From: the human T2T-CHM13v2.0 reference genome, Homo sapiens
NCBI RefSeq assembly: GCF_009914755.1
Contig: NC_060926.1
Length of the DNA stretch: 64,000 nucleotides
Direction: 5' to 3' (one strand)
Every line of letters begins with the position of its first letter. The first letter of the stretch is position 1. The notes below the pieces were generated by a model that was not told the origin of the DNA, made no database searches, and saw nothing but the letters and a program-made list of their open reading frames with translations. The translations under genes and the position numbers were made by a program. Positions 59,850 to 64,000 of this stretch are shown one piece after another.

Positions 59850-60810
59850 ATGGCTGTAATTGATTTCTTCTCTCTCCTGTCTTGTATTCCACTGTGCCAC
59901 CATTTTATCCTTCTGTCCAAGGATATTTGGATTCTTTGCAATTTTTGCTAGTAAAAATAATTTTGTTATGAGCATTCCTGTGTGTGAAACCTGTGGTGCC
60001 CATGCAAGGGTCCCTCAAAATACATGGGCACGAGAAAAACGGCCACATAACGTAATGCTATACTTTTGTCATCTACATAGGATGAGAGTACCATTGGCTA
60101 GCATCCTTTCCAATCTTAGTAGAGGTAAAATTATGTATCATTTGGTTTTAATTTCTATTTCCTGTTTATTAACAAGGTTAATCTTTTCATGTGTTTTTCA
60201 GTGAAGTGCCTGTTGATGTACTGTTTTTCCATTTTTTTTTCTTAAGACTTCTTTTCCTTTTGATTTTCAGAAATCCTTTATAAATACTGGATACTAACCT
60301 TTCTCTGGTTATGTATGTCAGAAAGATCTTATCTTTTCAGATGCTTAATGGTGTTCTTTCAATAACAGAAGTTTTAAATTTTAAAATGGTCAGGTTTATC
60401 AATCTCTTTGGGTTTTGTTCAATGAATTCTCACATAATCGTAGAAGTATTATGCTATGTCCTCATTTAAAGTTTAACATTTTTGCTTTACACATTCAATC
60501 CTTGATCCACGTGGAACTATTCTAACAGATGTTTGTAATTGCTGTGAGATTTGTACCAAATTTCATTCTTTCTACATGCATATTCAGTACCAAACTCTAC
60601 TGAAGAATACTTTCCTTTTTCAAAGATCTGTAATTCCCTCTGTTATTTATCAAGTTTCTAGACAGGGGTGAATTTATTTCTGATATGTATTATGTGCCAT
60701 TGATCTATTTTTCTATTCAAAGCTGATACCACAACATTTTAGTTATTGCTTTAATAAGTCTTGATATTTGGCAAGTTATCTCACCTTGTCCTTCCTCAGC
60801 AATCTCTTTT
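59850..60810 (-). mobile_element. Old L1ME-type fragment
   Basis: aaatactggatactaacct, acagaagttttaaatttt, taataagtcttgatatttgg. Confidence 0.6.
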
Positions 60811-62406
60811 TTTCATATTCTAAATTCAATTTACATTGAGTTCAAAAATAAGCAAAACTAAATTATATCAGCAGAGGTCAGTATAGTGATTAGCTTTTTT
60901 AAAAATTATTTTAAGTTCTGAGATACATGTGCAGGACGTGCAGTTCTGTTACCTAGGTAAACATGCCATGGTGGTTTGCTGCACCTATCAACCCATCACC
61001 TAGGTATTTAGACCCACATGCATTAGCCATTTATCCTGATGCTCTAGCTACCCCTGATCGCCAACAGGCCCCAGTGTGTGTTGTTTCCCTCCCTGTGTCC
61101 ATGTGTTCTCATTGTTCAGTTCCCACTTATGAGTGAGAATAGGTGGTGTTTGGTTTTCTGTACCTGTGTTTGTTTGCTGAGGATGATGGCTTCCAGTCAT
61201 CCACATCCCTGCAAAGGACATGATCTTGTTCCTTTTCATGGCTGTATAGTATTCCATGGTGTATATGTACTACATTTTCTTTATCCAGTTTATCATTAAT
61301 GGGCCTTTGGGCTGATTTAATGTCTTTGCTATTGTGACTAGTGCTGCAATAAACATACACATGCATGTATCTTTGTAATGGAATGATTTATATTCCTTTG
61401 GGTATATATGCAGTAATGGGATTGGTGGGTCAAATGGTATTTCTGGTTCTAGATCCTTGAGGAATCACCATACTGTCTTCCACAATGGTTGAACTAATTT
61501 ACCTTCCCACCAACAGTGTGAAAGCATTTCTATTTCTCCATAGCCTCGCCAGCATCTGCATTTCTTGACTTTTTAATAATTGCCATTCTGACTGGCATAA
61601 GATGGCACCATCTCATTGTGGTTTTGATTTGCATTTCTCCACTGATCAGTGATGTTGAGATTTTTTTCATATGTTTGTTGGCTGCATAAATATCTTCTTT
61701 TGAGAAGTGTCTGTTCATGTTGCTTTCCCACTTTTTGATGGGGTTGTTTGTTTTTTTTTTCTTGTAAATGTGTTTACATTCCTTGTAGATTCTGGATATT
61801 AGACCTTTGGCAGATGAGTAGATTGCAAAAATTTTCTCGCATTCTGTAGGTTGCCTGTTAGCTCTGATGATAGTTTCTCTTCCTGTGCAGAAGCTCTTTA
61901 GTTTAATTGTATGCCATTTGTCAATTTTTGCTTTTGTTACAATTGCTTTTGGTGATTTCATCATGAAGTCTTTGCCCATGCCTATGTCCTCAATGGTATT
62001 GCCTAGATTTTCTTCTAGGGTTTTTATGGTTGTGGGTTTTACATTTAAGTCTTTAATCCACCTTGAGTTAATTTTTGCATAAGATGTAAGGAAAAGGCCC
62101 AGTTTTAGTTTTCTGCATAAGGCTAGCCAGTTTTCCTAGCACCACTTATTTAATAGGGAATCCTTTCCCCATTGCTTTTGTCAGGCTTGTCAGAGATCAG
62201 ACGGTTGTAGATGTGTGGTCTTATTTCTGAAATCTCTATTCTGTTCTATAGGTCTATGTGTCTGTTTTGGTATCAATAACGTTGTTTTGGTTACTGTAGA
62301 CTTGTAGTATAGTTTGAAGTCAGGTAGCGTGATGCCTCCAGCTTTGTTCTTTTTGCTTAGGATTGTCTTGGTTACACAGACTCTTTTTGGTTTCATATGA
62401 ATTTTA

Positions 62407-62542
62407 TTTTATTTTATTTTATATTTTATTTATTTTATTTTATTTTATTTATTTTATTTTATTTTTATTTTTATTTTATTTTAATTTTATTGTTTGAGAC
62501 GGAGTCTCGCTCTGTCACCCAGGCTGGAGTCCAGTGGCACTC
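62407..62542 (-). mobile_element. Severely 5'-truncated Alu (~50 bp) with long (TTTTA)n tail
   Basis: TSD catatgaatttta at 62394-62406 and 62543-62555. Confidence 0.85.
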
Positions 62543-62569
62543 CATATGAATTTTAAAGTAGTTTTTTCT

Positions 62570-62873
62570 TTTTTCTTTTTTTTTTTTTTTTGAGATGGAG
62601 TCTTGCTCTGTCACCCAGGCTGGAGTGCAGTGGTGCGATTTCGGCTCACTATAAGCTCCACCTCCTGGATTCATGCCATTCTCCTGCCTCAGCCTCCTGA
62701 GTAGCTGGTACTACAGGCACCCACCACCACACCGGGCTAATTTTTTGGTAGTTTTAGTAGAGACGGGGTTTCACCGTGTTAGCCAGGATGGTCTCAATCT
62801 CCTGGCCTGGTGATCTGCCCGCCTCGGCCTCCCAAAGTGCTGGGATTACAGGGGTGATCCACTGCGCCCGGCC
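62570..62873 (-). mobile_element. AluY-like
   Basis: ttcatgccattctcc, ccgtgttagccaggatggtc. TSD aagtagttttttct at 62556-62569 and 62876-62889. Confidence 0.93.
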
Positions 62874-63247
62874 TGAAGTAGTTTTTTCTGATTCCGTGAA
62901 TGTCAAGGATAGTTTAATGGGAATAGCACTGAATCTTTACATTACTTTGGGCAGTATGGCCATTTTCATGATGTGGATTTTTCCTATCTATGAGCATGAA
63001 GTGTTTTTCCATTTGTTTGTGTCCTCTCTTATTTCCTTGAGCAGTGGTTTGTATTTCTCCTTGAAGAAGTCCTTCACATCTCTTGTTAGCTGCATTCCTA
63101 GGTATTTTATTCTCTTTGTAGCAATTGCGAATGGGAGTTCATTCGTGATTTGGCTCTCTGCTTGTCTGTTGTTGGTGTATAGGAATGCTTGTGAATTTTG
63201 CACATTGATTTTGTATCCTGAGATTTCGCTGAATTTGCTCATCAGCT

Positions 63248-63400
63248 TCAATGACAAAAACCACATAATTATCTCAATAGATGCAGAAAAGGCCTTTGAC
63301 AAAATTCAACATCGCTTTATGTTAAAAGCTCTCAATAATCTAGATATTGATGGGACATATCTCAAAATATTAAGAGTCATTTATGACAAACCCACAGCCA
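63248..63400 (+). repeat. Inverted copy of L1 ORF2 segment 63634-63786
   Basis: 153 bp, about 13 mismatches and no gaps against the reverse complement, counted by eye. Confidence 0.93.
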
Positions 63401-64000
63401 GGAGCTTTTGGGCCTAGACAATGGGCCTTTCTAGATATAGGATCGTGTCATTTGTAAATAAAGACAATTTGACTTTCTCTCTTCCTATTTGAATACCTTC
63501 ATTTCTTTCTCTTGCCTGATGGCCCTGACCAGAACTTCCAATACTATGTTCAATAGTGGTGAGAGAGGACATCCTTGTCTTGTGTTGGTTTTGAAAGGGA
63601 GTGCTTCCAGCTTTTGCCTATTCAGTATGATATTGGCTGTGAGTTTGTCATAAATGGCTCTCATTATTTTGAGATATGTCCCATCAATATCTAGCTGATT
63701 GAGAGTTTTTAACATAAAGGGATTTTGAATTTTATCAAAGGCCTTTTCTGCATCTGTTAAGATAATCATGTGGTTTTTGTCATTGATTCTGTTTATGTGA
63801 TGGATTGCGTTTATTGATTTGCATATGTTGAACTAACCTTGCATCCCAGGGATGAAGTTGACTTGATCGTGGTGGATAAGCTTTTTGATGTCTGCTGGAT
63901 TCAGTTTGCCAGTATTTTACTGAGGATTTTTGAATCAGGGATATTGGCTTGAAGTTTTCTTTTTTGTTGTGTCTCTGCCACATTTTGGTATCAGGATGAT

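Larger units (their letters stand above)
60896..64000 (-). mobile_element. L1PA (PA8-10-like), 3' end through ORF2 RT; runs off the window
   Basis: aagttctgagatacatgtgcaggacgtgcag terminus. Minus ORF pieces match L1 ORF2 ([47 protein letters not shown]) but are frameshifted. Confidence 0.95.

Noticed and set aside
62776-63417. Longest ORF (213 aa) as a novel gene
   Set aside because: It is a chance fusion of antisense Alu, antisense L1 and the inverted L1 ORF2 piece ([10 protein letters not shown]).

Overview
Primate (human-like) genomic DNA, AT-rich and CpG-depleted, with no CpG island. It looks intergenic or deep intronic, and more than half of it is recognisable transposable-element relic: Alu J/S/Y and FAM, L1 of several ages, L2, MIR, LTR7, MER76, two LTR26, MLT1, THE1/MST (including two MaLR proviruses), a near full-length Tigger1, MER2, MER20 and MER91. 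No protein-coding gene or RNA gene can be supported; the listed ORFs are repeat-derived or chance. Family names come from recalled consensus motifs, not a database search. Structures the repeat annotation does not explain: (1) an ancient ~1.5 kb fold-back palindrome of non-recognised sequence at 26109-27596, with a MIR in one arm and a CTCF-like motif nearby; (2) three locally templated insertions, namely a 94-bp GT..AG-bounded piece of 34439-34536 copied into an LTR26 14.6 kb away, a ~236-bp direct copy inside an old L1, and a 153-bp inverted copy inside an L1PA; (3) a candidate 111-nt spliced exon at 47964-48074.
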